From Rotaria socialis (lineage: Eukaryota): 64,000 bases of DNA. Below, one piece after another: positions 14,313 through 27,706 of this stretch (position 1 is the stretch's first letter; the number at the start of each line of letters is the position of its first letter). The notes beneath the pieces are model-generated. The model was not told where the DNA came from and made no database searches. It saw nothing but the letters and a program-made list of their open reading frames with translations. Location: positions 1 to 64,000 of the forward strand of contig CAJNYD010000048.1 in NCBI GenBank assembly GCA_905331295.1, written 5' to 3'. Position numbers and translations under genes: made by a program.

Positions 14313-15425
14313 TTAATGACGATTGGATGATCCATGAAATGGTTTCGAAGGTGGTTGTAGAGCCGATGATGACGAAGCATCACTACCTGCATTTGATCGT
14401 ACTGATGAAGCAGGTGATGGTGCCCGGCGTATTCTCGGTAATTCATTCTTATATGATCGATCTGTAAGAGGAGGTTCTTGTTCATCAGGAAGAGGTGATG
14501 CACGAGGTGAATATAATGGCGGTTCTTTACGTGTTGCGAACGAATGACGTCGCATTGCTGGTTGAACAGCGCGCTCTTGTTGTCTTGGTGTTGCTGGTGG
14601 ACTTGGTTGCAATTGCGAACGACGTTCTCGTGCTCTGACAAGATCTGATGGATCTTCTGGGTGATGACGATCAATTTGAGCTGCACGACGTAATTGCATT
14701 TGTAATTTCAACCGATTGGTAAAAAATACATGACGCCAACCACGTTCTTCAGCTAAATGAATTAAATCTTTATTTTCTAGAGCATGTTGCCCATAGTGAT
14801 TTGTATAAAATATTCTCCAAAGATCATTATTACGACACAGCGAACGAATTGATTTTGATACTAATGCTATTTGTGGAATATCTTCAAGATTTACAAATGA
14901 AAGAATACGTATTTGAATATTTGGTGGAAGACGTGCTATCCAATCATATTTTCCGGTAACTACATTTAAACAATAATCAAGTGTATTTTGACCAAAGAAA
15001 CGGGACACTTCACGTCGAGCAATTTCATCATAATAAAAATCTTCGTATGAATCCTTTTTTTCACTTGGATACATTGAACCATCAACATTTCGAAGTGTTA
15101 TTTTCCACCAACGTAGAATTATCTTGAAAATAAATAAATTCAAATTTAAATAACAAAGTTCATCAAAATAATAATTATTAAAATAAACCTTATCTATTGT
15201 AATTTCTAGGCGACCGTAATCTTTCGATGGAGCAGGAGCTTGACCATCACATTCAAATAGAATTCCATCATCACGTACAAGTTGTGATAAAAATGGATGA
15301 GCTTTGAGAAACTGACCCATATTACATATTTGATCAGGATTATCATGATGATGATGCTTAGTTACAGCTGCAGCCTTTGAAGAAGAAGCACTTTTTGTAT
15401 CACCTTTTTTTTTAGTACTCGCCAT
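14313..15425 (-). CDS. FBXO36: F-box only protein 36-like with a P/S/R-rich C-terminal extension
   Basis: Motifs LFECDGQAPAPSKDY, IILRWWKITLR, F-box LPPNIQIRILSFVNLEDI and GWRHVFFTNRLKLQMQLRR match FBXO36. ATG at 15425; one 66-nt in-frame intron at 15123-15188. Confidence 0.9.
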   Translation of the reverse strand: MASTKKKGDTKSASSSKAAAVTKHHHHDNPDQICNMGQFLKAHPFLSQLVRDDGILFECDGQAPAPSKDYGRLEITIDKVYFNNYYFDELCYLNLNLFIFKIILRWWKITLRNVDGSMYPSEKKDSYEDFYYDEIARREVSRFFGQNTLDYCLNVVTGKYDWIARLPPNIQIRILSFVNLEDIPQIALVSKSIRSLCRNNDLWRIFYTNHYGQHALENKDLIHLAEERGWRHVFFTNRLKLQMQLRRAAQIDRHHPEDPSDLVRARERRSQLQPSPPATPRQQERAVQPAMRRHSFATRKEPPLYSPRASPLPDEQEPPLTDRSYKNELPRIRRAPSPASSVRSNAGSDASSSSALQPPSKPFHGSSNRH

Positions 15426-15820
15426 GATTGTAGTCAAATTTGAATGTGTTGCGACGCAGTGAACCTCCCTTGATCTATTTATTTACGTCTGACAACGCAA
15501 ATAAAAACTAAACGTCGAAGAAGAAAAAAAAGAATCGTACTCTATACCTTCGACATGGATGGTGTGATGATTTCTGTTGTTTGGCAAAAAAGAAAAGAAA
15601 GAGAAGGAACTTTAGACATTCAAGAATTGGATTGGATTTTTACTATTCTTCCATTCTATACTCGTTCATTCATTCATTCCAGATTTTTCTTTTTGACGCG
15701 TTTAAATTTAAACCAATGAAATTGAAACCATTAGAGTTAGATATCGTGTCGCCAGTATCATTATCAAAACTAAAATTCGATAGTATTATAATCTTGTTTA
15801 AATTTTCAAAAATAGATACA

Positions 15821-18650
15821 ATGAGTACAACGAAGAAAATGCCTATTTTTGTTTTACAACCTAATTCGATACATGCTCAATGGCAAGGAGAAAAATTGAA
15901 TAGTGTCTTTCAAGTAAGGTTTTTCAAGACGCATTAATCACTGAATATTTTTTCTTATCAAGTTACTTGAATCAAGTAATTTTCATCCACATATGATTAA
16001 TGAAGAAACAATGATGAATATGAAAGATTTAAAAGGAAAAATGTTTGTTATCGAACCATTTTCCGGTCAATTATTTCAATATTTAAAACTTAATAAAGCT
16101 TGGTAAAAAAAAAGAAAAGAAAAGAAATCATCTTAATTTTCATCGTTAAACTTAATTTTTTTATTCTTTTCTAAAACAACAAAAGGGTACTTGGCCCACA
16201 GTTAATTACAACTTGTGTTGATCATAATATTACGATTCCATGTAGTTCCTATCCTCTTTATTCGCTTGCCATGCAATCATTAACTATTTGTTGTACGAAT
16301 CTTCCAAATGTTGATCGTGTAAGAGAAGATGTTTCCCATACAAAACTCGAATTATATTGAGATTTAATAGGAGAAAATTCGTCGATCTATTGCTTACATG
16401 GGTGGTAAATTTCAAACAAATCTGAATGCCAATGTCACTCATTTGGTATGTGGAGCTTGTGCAGCATCAGAAAAATATTTTGTAAGTTTCCGGGAAATCA
16501 AAGAGCTTTTTCCTTTTTAAATTTATTTTAACGAAAGGTTGCTGTTGAAAACGGAATTCAAGTTATGATGCCCGAATGGGTTCCAAGTGTATTTACACTT
16601 TCAGGACAAAAGTAATGAGAAATATTGACAGATAAATTTGTTTTATTCTTTTTATTATGTAGAACAGTAAAAGGGACCGATTCAACATTCGATCGTTTTA
16701 AATGCCCATTATTTTATAAATTTATTATTTCACTATCAGGTTTTGTTGAAAGAGATCGTAATACACTTAAGCAATATGTTGAACGTGAAGGTGCAACATA
16801 TTCACCAAATTTAATTAAAGATAAATGTACTCATCTGATTTGTAAAGAACCAAACGGTAAAGTTTGACTAAAAAGAAAGAAAATTAATTGTTTATTTAAT
16901 CAAATCTACTTGGGTTAGGTTCAAAATTTGAACATGCTGTTAAATGGCGTATTCCAGTACTTAAACCTGAATGGATTTTTGAAAGTAGTGAAAAAGGTTC
17001 ATGTCTTCGTTTAACGAATTTCTTATGGCCAGCGCCAAGTATTGTTTCAATTAATAGCAAAGGTTTACTTTCTTTTATTTGTATACAGTGATTCTTATTT
17101 ATAATTTCGATTTCTAGAGAATGAAAAACCTGTATCTATTGATACGATTGATTCATCAGCAAAAATTGTAGCAGTTGATCAACGACGTAAATCGACATCA
17201 TTTTTAACAATCGAAGAAATGAATGATCTTGAAGAACGTTTTGATAAATGGATGAATAATCGATCGAAAAAGATAATCGATGATTTCTTTGATGGTTTAA
17301 AGGTTTATTAACTCAACATAAAATACAATTGACTAATCATTTGATTTTCATAGATATACTTAGGGCAGTTTTCTTCAACATTACGTATGCGTATACAAAA
17401 AATTCTTGATGGTGGATGTGCTGTTCGGTATAAACTAACTATTATTTATATCGAAATCATAGTGAATGTTACTTTTTTTCTCATAGATTCGATACACTTA
17501 ATCCATCAGTAACACACATTATTCGAGGTAGTGAACCTGCATCAAACTATATTCAACTAGCTAGTATTGCTCCAAAGTAAATGCTCGGTTTGATCGTCAT
17601 TTCAGTTCATAATGATGTTTTGTTTTTTCATTTCAGTGCTCATGTTGTTAATCCACAATGGTTATTGGATTGTTGTGAAAGAAATGAACTTCTACCTGAA
17701 ATTGATTATTTGGTCGCGTCGGATCGAGATGAAAAGTAAAGTTTGATTAATTTAATTTTATGTAGCACAATTTGAATTGTGTTACATATCTTAGCAACAG
17801 ATCCGATATATAAATGACTTTCTTATTACATTTCTGTAGCACTAAGAACAAGAAATGAATCTTGAAATAGATAAAAGTCAAACAAACTATGCGATAAACT
17901 GCTAGATTGCGTGTTTGACATTTTCATTCCGTAGGCATTCGGGTAACATATTTTTAATTTAGACAAGATTCTAATTCCAACCTAACCGAAGATAAAAAGA
18001 AAAATAGTAATTCTAATTTATCAATGTCATCATCAGCATCACTAATGCGTCAACCAACTGGCAGTTTTAATGTAGATCAAACAGTGCTCGTATGTGATTG
18101 ATTATCAACTGGACAAAGATAATATCATTTATTATCATTTGATTAGCAGGATGATACTCCTCGTGTTCGTCGGACGCCCGCATCGGGCACATCAACACCT
18201 TCGATTATTCCTGAATATGCTCTTTCACCATTTTCGTTACTTAAACGTTATTCGAATGTTCCACGTCCACCTATTTTCGAACAAACATTAACTGATACAC
18301 AAATTGATAGAATTAGCGAACAGTTGCCGCCAACAGAATCTCAAATGAATGTTGATAGATTAATGTCTGATATTGATATTTTAATGCCAACTTTACTTAA
18401 TCAAAAACCATCAGCATCGTCATTATCATCATTATCATCGAATATTGTTTCTACAGGATCATCATCTAGAATGAATATGATGCCTTCACGTTCATTTTTT
18501 CTTAGCCATCAAGCCAAGCTAACTGTCGATGAAGATTCAACATCTGATGTTAAAGTATCATGGATTGATGATTCAACAGAACAGGAACGTCTTCGACAAT
18601 ATCAATTACATAATCTAGACGAAATGACACAATCTGATGATGCATATTAA
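15821..18650 (+). CDS. TOPBP1: TOPBP1-like multi-BRCT checkpoint scaffold, compact form (BRCT0-3 plus putative ATR-activation motif)
   Basis: Spliced exons give YSLAMQSLTICCTNL...YMGGKFQTNLNANVTHLV, CPLFYKFIISLSG...GATYSPNLIKDKCTHLIC...PVLKPEWIFES and FFDGLKIYL...TLNPSVTHII...VVNPQWLLDC. The C-terminus has VSWIDDSTEQERL; stop at 18650. Confidence 0.8.
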
Positions 18651-18778
18651 ATCATACGTGTTTTCCTCTTTTCTTTTTTGTTCAGTATTCTTCGGTGTTA
18701 TTTTCTTCTTGTATAAAAAGAAACAAATAAAATAAAACACAATTTTCTTATTCTTAATTCTAGATTCCAGTTAAAATC

Positions 18779-20927
18779 ATGACTGAAGATAATAAAAAAC
18801 AATTAGAAACAATTGGTAAATAAACAGAAGATTTTCTTATGCAGCGAAAAGTAGATCTTGTTTTTATTTCTAGATAAATTAAATGAAACAAATCGTAAAT
18901 TTACGACAAGTACAACTGTAAATATCTTAAATGATCTACATCTAATGAATATACGTGAACAACACGAATGGCAACGTTATGAATTATTTCGAAAATACGA
19001 AAAAACAATGCCAAATAAAACAAAATCTCCCTTAATAGCTCAATCACATAGTTCATCTTCATCATCAATCGAACCAATCAATACACCATTGATGATCAAG
19101 TAAACTAATTTTGCAACCTACTATTTCCAATTGTACTTTCTGTTTTACAGTAACATTCATGATCAACAGCTAACTCCACCTGAAGATAGTCTATCGAATG
19201 ATATTAGAGAAGATCTCCGATCACTTATTGAACAACGTGTACCTGACTTATGTATTCTTGATGGTGAACCTATGCAATATAACAATGGTTTGTTTTCAAA
19301 ATCTAATATACAGGAGATTTAAATTTGCTCCTTTGAATATTTTTCCGTTGAACAAAATAGTATTTCTTCCTATGGATTATTTAGGTACGAAATTTTATTG
19401 TACTATAAATGATATATTAACTAGTGATGGCGAATTTTGGGTTGAACGAGAATTTTCTGCTGAAAACGAACGCAAATTTTATCAATTTATTGATATACTT
19501 TCATTATTTGCTACTAGTTATGAATCATTAAAAGAAGTTTATGTTGGTCAATTAGTGGCATTACATTATGAAGCATCTTGGCATCGAGCATTAGTAGCAT
19601 CGAAAAGCGAAGGACCAACAGTCGCTAAACAACCGAATGCACGTGTTCGACTTGTTGATTATGGTTCATCCTTATATGTTAATGTTTCACAACTTAAATG
19701 GTTACCTGAACAATTTTATTTATTTCCTTTTAAAGTGAATTTTGATTCCGTTCGAAAATGAACTTCTAATAAATTATTGTATAATCTTTTTTATTTTAGG
19801 CAGTTGAATGTTTATTTAGTGAAGCTGTAAAACCAACGTTTTCCGATACCGTTCGGCTCACATTTAAACAACTTGTATTAAATAAACGGTTACGTGCAAC
19901 GGTCGTAAGTTTGACTTGACATAATAAGATTTTCAATATTTCAATTTTTTTTAGTATGACAGAGATAATAATCATATTTGTGTCTTATTAAAATGTAAAA
20001 CTGATGAAGGCATGGTTAATGTTTATCGATATTTACGTGCACATGAGCATAAATCAAAAAATGGTCGAATGCTAGATGATGGTGCTATAGTACAATGTTT
20101 ACATAATACTATTTTTAATACTAGCAATTCTAGTTATCAATCGTCAATATGCAACAAATCAATGAATACATCAATTAGTTTAACATTACCTATTCTATCA
20201 CCGCCATCACCAATTAAATTAACACGTGATCAAATTGAAATGAGACGAAGAGAAATAAAAAGAATCTTTAAAGAACCTTTGGATGAAAATAATAATACGA
20301 TGCTTTCCAGTGAAAGTAATGGTAATTTATCTATGTAAGTAATTGAAATTATTAAAACGAACGGAAACTAGCTGATCGAAAATAAATATGGAACTTGATG
20401 CACAAATTTTCAACTGTCAAACCTTTACATTGGAGTCTAGAGAATACAGAATATCTAAGTAAATGGTAGAGCAATACTGAAATGCACATTCAAATACGAT
20501 TTTTGAACTTGAGTGCAGAGGCGAGTTACAAATAAAATGCTTTTAGTAGCTCTACTTGTATTTTTGGTTCTGACTCGAAGAGCACGAAATCAAGTTTGAT
20601 TTTAGTTTCGGTGACTTGTAGTACATTATTTACTAAAAATCAGTGAAATTTAACTTCGATTCTACCGACTAACATTAAAATATGCTCTTTTGGTTAAATA
20701 TATACATTGAACGTGTAATGTATTTACAGACGATGCAGGTCTTCGAATCGTTTTTAAAGTGACAGTTAAATATAAATTAGTTGAAGATATAAAGTGTAAA
20801 ATTTTTAATTTTTAGTAATGCTACAAAAGACCATAAAAAGGCACTGTTTTCATCATCTCAAAGTACACCGTTCTCCGCTAATACAACCATTACACCACTG
20901 CCACGCCTTTCATTCACTCAACAGTAA
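18779..20927 (+). CDS. Single Tudor-domain protein (TDRD-like)
   Basis: Extended Tudor motif GEFWVER...VYVGQLVALHYEASWHRALV...ARVRLVDYGSSLYVNVSQLKWLPEQFYLFPFK. Last exon 20816-20927 ends FTQQ*. Confidence 0.75.
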
Positions 20928-21150
20928 ATCAACCTTAAACTGTTGATAAAATATCAAACAAACCCCGTTTCTTGTTTTTTTTTTATTTTCTTTGTTTTAT
21001 ATTTTATTCACGAAATAGAACAGCAACAAAAAAGAATAATAAATATACATATATATATATATATATATCTTTCTTTTATTTCTAATTTTGTCTGTTTCTT
21101 TCACAACATTAAGCAACAACAGTAACAACAACAAAACGGAAAAAAATAAG

Positions 21151-24100
21151 TTAAGTATTCTGTGATGCTAAATTTATTCGTATTGAATCTTTCGATTTTT
21201 GATTGACTGTTTTCAATTGAAAATTTTCTTGCCGCAATTGGTTTACAACAAGTAAGTCGTCTTCGCCATCTTCATCGTCCTCCTCATCATCAAAATCATC
21301 CATAAGTAAAGAGTTCTTTCCATTGGTTGATAACAATGGTTTACGATCGTGTTGTCTTACATCTTGTTCATCGTTGTCTTTCAGCGATTGTTTTCGTATA
21401 AGTAATGGTTTTATATAAACTTCATTTAGTTTTTCTAAGCCTTTCATTGAATTTGGATTAGCAAATTGAATTTCATAACTATCAATACTATCATCATTCA
21501 AATTACGTTTTCTTTTATGCATATAATTTTCGTCGTCATTAAGTAAATCATCAAATTGCATTGTTTTACTCATCATCGCATGTACATTCACATCATCAGA
21601 TGATTCTAATGAATGTTGATGAGACGTTGACGGTGAACGACGTCGAATGAGCTTCACGACAGGTATGGTTAGACCACCTAAGACAAGTATTGTGAATAGA
21701 ACAGTGACTAGTGTAGTCGTAACAAGAGTCCGTTTAAGTTCTTCTTCATTTTCACCATAGTATTGACCGACATGGACAGAAAGTGCATAGGAAATAGCAC
21801 CTAAATAGAGAAATAAAATATTAAAATAAAAAAACAGAATATGTCTTATTGAGGAATTTGGTTGAGTAACATGCAAATTGGTTTTATGAATACTTTTCTT
21901 ACATGATTATTTCGAAAAATTGAGATAAATTAAACTAATTTTTATCGAACTATTAATTTTGTTAGTATTTCATGCTGATAGGATAGTCTTAAGGCAAAAG
22001 ATTTTGCATCTGTAGGGAAATGTATGGGAATGGAAGTGAAAGTTAAAATCATAAAGTAATATTTATTTCAGTGAAAAATAATCTAAACGGCACGTGTTGC
22101 AGACTACTGATATAAACTTACCATTCATTCTCTTCCAAAGATCGTACAAACAAAAATAGATTGTTTCGAAAAAGATGAAACAAAACAACATCCTCCGAAC
22201 AAGTTCGTGATAGCAATTACAACGTGTTTCACAGATTAACCCCTACAGAAATTATAGTAACACCTTAGTATTCAGTTTTTTTTTCGTATCTATTTTGTAT
22301 TGTATTAACGTAGGAGGATAGGGATGCCACGGTGAGAAAATGGTGAAGCCGGTAAGAATACGAAAAACCTACGATGAAGGCCGACACATTAGCATTGCTG
22401 GGTTGTCTTAATAGAGTGCTGTCTGGATAACATAAAAACCGACCATTACCGTAGGTTCTTCATCAGTTTACCTGCTTTCACCGGTCTAAACGATATGCTT
22501 GAAAGTGCATCTCTATAGGAGGATATAATCATGCTTGACAGGAACAAACTTCTATTTATTTTATCTGTAAAGGTAATATCCATGAAGTACAACTTATCAG
22601 ATATGTCCATGTAAACTGATAAAGAATATGGTTCTAGGTTTACTCGATAATTCTATCAAATAGATGAGATAATATTTTTCTGTTCTATAGTAATATAAAT
22701 TATTCAGAGCAAAAAAAGAAGCCAATCGCTTACCTCTTAATCCGGCAAACCACATAATCAGTTGCATTGAAAATGTAATGCGATGATTTTTCGATCGAAA
22801 ACAATTCATTAAAAATGATAATGGAAAAACATGTGCTGCACGTCCAACTAATGTTAATACGATTGTCCAAAAAATAAGTTTTGGATGGAATGCATGTTGA
22901 TATTCAAATATTCCCAAGCCCAAATAAACAAAAACGCAAGTTTCAGCTAAAAAAGCGATCGTACGAAAGATGACAGTTATTGATTGACGGCCGACTTGGG
23001 ACAAATTTTCGTGTGTATAATGTGACATTGTTAAGCCACATACAAGAATCGACATAATACCCGATAAATGAAAAAGTTCAGCAAACATATATGATGCATA
23101 TGCCGTGAGAAGAAGAAGTGAAATTTCTAATGATAATGAACTTTTATCAAAGGCAAGATGTTTTGTTAACAATGCACTTGTTAAACCAAAAACGAGACCA
23201 AGAAAACCGGACGAATAAAACATTAAAGAAAATCTAGTCGAGATATGCATTAAAGTTTTAACCGATGAAACGATTTGTGTTGACCATGATGTTGTCGTAC
23301 TATTGATTTGTACGGCTCGTTTAAATCTAGATGATCCTATAATAGATTCGAAAGAATATTTTATTTTATTTTAGCTTCAAGAACGTACCTGCTCTTCTTC
23401 TTCGTTTCTTCGATTGAATGTTTTGCTTATTTATAAAATTATTGAAAGTTTCTGGTTCAGTAGATTCATCGACTTCATCGTCAGTTAAATCATTATTTTC
23501 ATTTTCATTTGGAAATAAATTAGATATATCCGGTTTTGGTTCATAGAAAGGTCGTTGATGACTAAGTTGCGTTAAATCATTATAATTTCGATGTCGAAGT
23601 GATGTTGTTACCGATGGTGTAGTTGTAAAATTCGAACTTGCTAATAGACCAATCATTGAATATGTTGTTAATTTAGTGGTACTGATATTTACAAATTGTC
23701 TTTTTGATTCTACAATAACATTTGTTAATACGATCGCTACAGCATCGTTGAGAATTGATTCACCAAAAACAAGCATATATAGTAATTGATCAACATTCAA
23801 CACTTGAAATATCGATAGAATAGCAACAGGATCAATCGCTGGAAAAAATAAATAAATAAAAATAAAAAATTCTCGCATGAAATTTCATACTTACCAGAAT
23901 TAAGCGATCCAATGATAAAACATTCTCGCCATGGTAATTTATAAGATAAATTAGCCAGTCCCAATAAATAAAGACCAACACCAGTAACGAGTGCATTTAT
24001 GGTTGTACCAAATATTGCGAATGTTGAAATTGTTCCAAGATTTCGAAAGAAATTACCTTTGTGTAAATGATAACCTTGTTCGAATATAATCGGTGGAAGA

Positions 24101-24357
24101 AAAAGCATGAAAAATAAATTCGAATTTAGCAATGGAGATGATGTTTGAACGATTGCCGTTGGTGACTGATCGCTTTTTGATATCCATTGATTGTATAATT
24201 TAATAACTAAACCAAATATTCCACCGATATAAATAATAGCCACACTTTCGGGCAAATAATTAAATCGTTTGCGTATAAGTAAATGAATAATTAAAACGCA
24301 AATAATCAATAATATCAGTAGAAGAAATATTTGCGTTGAAGATGATAGTTCCGACAT
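21151..24357 (-). CDS. SLC9A8: Sodium/hydrogen exchanger 8-like (CPA1 family)
   Basis: [77 protein letters not shown] and [15 protein letters not shown] are diagnostic NHE8 motifs; 4 coding exons. Confidence 0.92.
22342..22485. mobile_element. Imperfect inverted-repeat element in the long NHE8 intron
   Basis: ggtgaagccggtaa...gaaaaacctacgatgaaggccg versus the reverse complement of cgaccattaccgtaggttcttc...ttacctgctttcacc. Confidence 0.55.
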
Positions 24358-25083
24358 GGTAAAATACGTTGCTCAGAATGTGTAACGATGCATATACAAA
24401 TAAAAACAATTCAGAGTTACCTGTTTTTTTCCTCTCTCTTTCTTTCTGCTTCGTCACTGCTCTCACTAACGTGCACAGTACACCCACGGAATAGAGGAAA
24501 AAAGAAAACTTTTTTACCCTTATTACTAGCAGTATGACTATTCTTGCTTTTAGCGTTCAGTCGATCGCTTGCCTACTACGCCAACGCACATCGCCTTTTT
24601 TTGTCCTTTTTTCTATGAGAAAAAATCTTTTTCAGCACGAACATTTTTCTAACTAGAATAGAACGATGCAAAAAGAGAGAAAAAGAAATAGAAAGACAAC
24701 TAGTTGACGATGTTGGAGCAGTCGGATCTTCAATAGCTATACCCGCTCTGCTGTTTGTATGTCTATGCATATATTTTTCTTCTTTTTTTCTCTTTCCATC
24801 GTGTAGAACAATGAATAAGCCACATTGCCAGTTCCCAATTATAGGAGGAAGAGACAAAAGAACTTCTATGAGGTCTATTGGAGCGGTGGTCTAAAGACGC
24901 TAGTTTGTTTTTCATAGAAAAATCATGATACAGTGTAATTTTGATCATTACTAAACTATACTTCACGTAAAAAAAAATAGAAACACAAAATTACTAAGAT
25001 CATAATGATTATATTTCATGTATAGACAAATGGTTAAGTATATTCTCCAAGGGACAATTATCAATATTGATTCCAGTCATTGT

Positions 25084-27521
25084 TTACTCGTTATTATTAA
25101 TACCAGAATGTTGATTACAATGTTTGCCGTAGTGACGAATAGGTTTAATGGTACAAGGAACATTTTCCTTTAAATCGTTTAGTCCATTCGAGAAAGGAAC
25201 AATGTTAGTATATGATTCTGTATGTGAAAATATTCGTTTCAAGAATCGTCGAGAGATCTTTTTGAGTGATTTGGTAGGTTTAATAAAAGCATTGACGTTG
25301 TTATTGATATTACTCATATTACATGTTGAAGTAATAGATGGCCTTCTTATTCGCCGTTGTTCAGAACGAATAGAATAAGTCTTTGTATTGGGTTCAGGTA
25401 ATTTAATCTTCAAACTTCTATTATCACTTGTTATTGAACGTTGATCTGTTAAATTTCGAAATAAAAAAAAGTTCATTTGATTAAAAGAATAATAACACAT
25501 GCCTTCGGCTATCGTCGAATCACTAGTCTCTTGATTTTGGTTTCTTGTATATTCTTGCAAGAAATTCTTCATAATTTTTTTTCTTGTTTTTCGATCTAAG
25601 TTTTTGTCCAACGGGTATGATTTAAGTAAGAAGTTTACTTTTTGTTTGATTAAAGCTAGTGGGCACGATTCTTTTGAATGTGTATCAGACGATACAAGAG
25701 ACGACGATGAAATATTCACCGGCTTCGTACATTTTATTAGTTTACGCTGTTGCACTGTCAACAAAGGATTTTGCTTTAATATTTCAGTTAACTGATTTTT
25801 CGAGTGCTTTAATTTCAAAAGTCGTTTTTGAATGGAATCACTACAAATTTCACAATTACAATCGATAATTTACATAAGCAAATCATTCTGCATTAGTATT
25901 ATTGAAACATTTACGTTTGATTACTAGACTGATTTCGCTCGTTTTTCATGCTTTTCTTCGATGATCGATGAGAGACTGATAAACTATTCGATAATTTTTT
26001 GGTCGTGCTTGTTAGTGTTAAGTCGTTGTGCTCTGGCAATTTTGGTTTACGATGTGTTTGATTTGAATTTTGTACCAATTCAGATGATTGCCCTTCAGAT
26101 TTTATAAGCACGTTACTAGTTGGAGATGACGTTCTTTTTGTAATGTCAGGTATACTTTTGTACATTTGTGTCATTGATGAAGATGAAAGTAATGCCGTCT
26201 TTTCTTTTATTGTACGATTCAATGTTATCGGTGTATTATGTATATTTAGTTGTACTGTAAGTTAAAACAATGCTTTATCGATGACAAGTAGTGAAAGCTC
26301 GAAAAATTAACGAAATAGAATTGTACAAGATATTTATTTTAGCGTGCACTCACATAGACTCACAAGAAAGAGCTACTCCAGCAAATCTGTCATCAAACTG
26401 AACGACCTATAGCGCGAGAACAACTATTCTAAATCTAAAAATTCATACTCTGATTTTCCTTGATTTTAAACTGATTACGTGAAATATCTTCCATAATTAA
26501 TCTAGCTGCCTCATGAACATCCAGTTGAGGCTACGTAAAAAGAACGTTTATTTTTTTTATAGAAATATCACAATTATTTACCAACCATTGCATCAAGCAA
26601 TTGCTTCGTAGAGCAAGTCGTAAATCGACAAATATCTTCAATCTAAAAGTTACTTTTAGTATTCATCACTTCTAACGATTTGAACACAACAACTTTTTTT
26701 ACCATATCTAAAGTGATAGTAGTTCCTAGACGATTGAATACTTCACGTATAACTTCCTTGACAAAATCTTCAGCACATATCGGCTATTAGAATTTAATTT
26801 ATTCGTCAATGTAATGCAAATCTTTAAAAACAATCTACTTTCGAATTTTTTAAATATGGATATTTCATTGCACCAACTGTTTGTACGTGGAGAATCGCTT
26901 CGTCTAATGTTATTTTTTTCTATGCGTTGAAAAAATAGAACACTTTTAGTTTTTTGTATCGAAACTAACATATAAGCAACTACTGATAATGTTCTAAGAA
27001 TATGTATCCTACTACAACTCTCTAACACCAGAAATCGAAGCATTTTCAAAAACAGAAAAATGATCTGAATTCTTTATTCAATTAATTCATCTTACCTTAT
27101 TTTCAATAATAGCCTGTGCCTCCGAATGTAACGTTCGAATAACATCAGGTAACTATAATAAAAATCAAAGGTTTTTTGCGCTTCTAAAAATTTACCAAAA
27201 GAAATTTCAATCAAACTTCAGATATAACAATATTATGTTTGGCTTGTTCAATAATAAAATTAACGATATATCGAATAAAATCAATATCTCGAATATGTTT
27301 CTTTTCACTTGGATCCTACACGAACGAGAACTATATTTACAATAAATTTTCACTCTTAACCAACATGCAACATTAATTTAGGATTCGGTGGGTCAATTCC
27401 ATAACGTTGTTTCAATCGATCACACAATGACACTGAATATGATTTTAATGATTTTTTTTCTATGCGTACTCTCTGAATAAATACCCGATGATTTATATGC
27501 CGACGAAAATAAATCACACAT
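25084..27521 (-). CDS. Hypothetical multi-exon protein with a basic, Ser-rich C-terminus; no recognised domain
   Basis: Small spliceable exons near 27100-27450 (SLCDRLKQRYGIDPPNPKLMLHV; DPSEKKHIRDIDFIRYIVNFIIEQAKHN; LPDVIRTLHSEAQAIIENK) plus long ORFs at 25911-26250 and 25084-25818. The start and some junctions are unresolved. Confidence 0.55.
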
Positions 27522-27706
27522 GATAAATTTTCAAAATTTGAAGCTTAACCAACAAAAAAATCATTCAAATCAAATGATATTATTATTATCTCGTTTAAGC
27601 GGCAAGTTAAGTTGCAAATATTATTTATATACAACGAAAAAAAAGAAAACAAATGACAGAAAAAAGAAAGAAAAAGTAGATTTAAAATAGACATCTGTTT
27701 ATATAA

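Noticed and set aside
14276..14686. Overlapping and antisense ORFs in the track (e.g. 14276-14686, 49142-49558, 42264-42599)
   Set aside because: They are shadow frames of real coding exons with no independent motif support.
15123..15188. Apparent hydrophobic insertion in the FBXO36 ORF (similar cases in MON2 at 49914-49994 and ~52500-52560)
   Set aside because: These are ordinary short AT-rich GT-AG introns that happen to be stop-free, so the ORF finder reads through them.
1781..15425. Cullin-1 and an F-box gene within ~10 kb as an SCF cluster
   Set aside because: They are separated by an assembly gap of unknown size, and F-box genes are numerous, so coincidence is likely.
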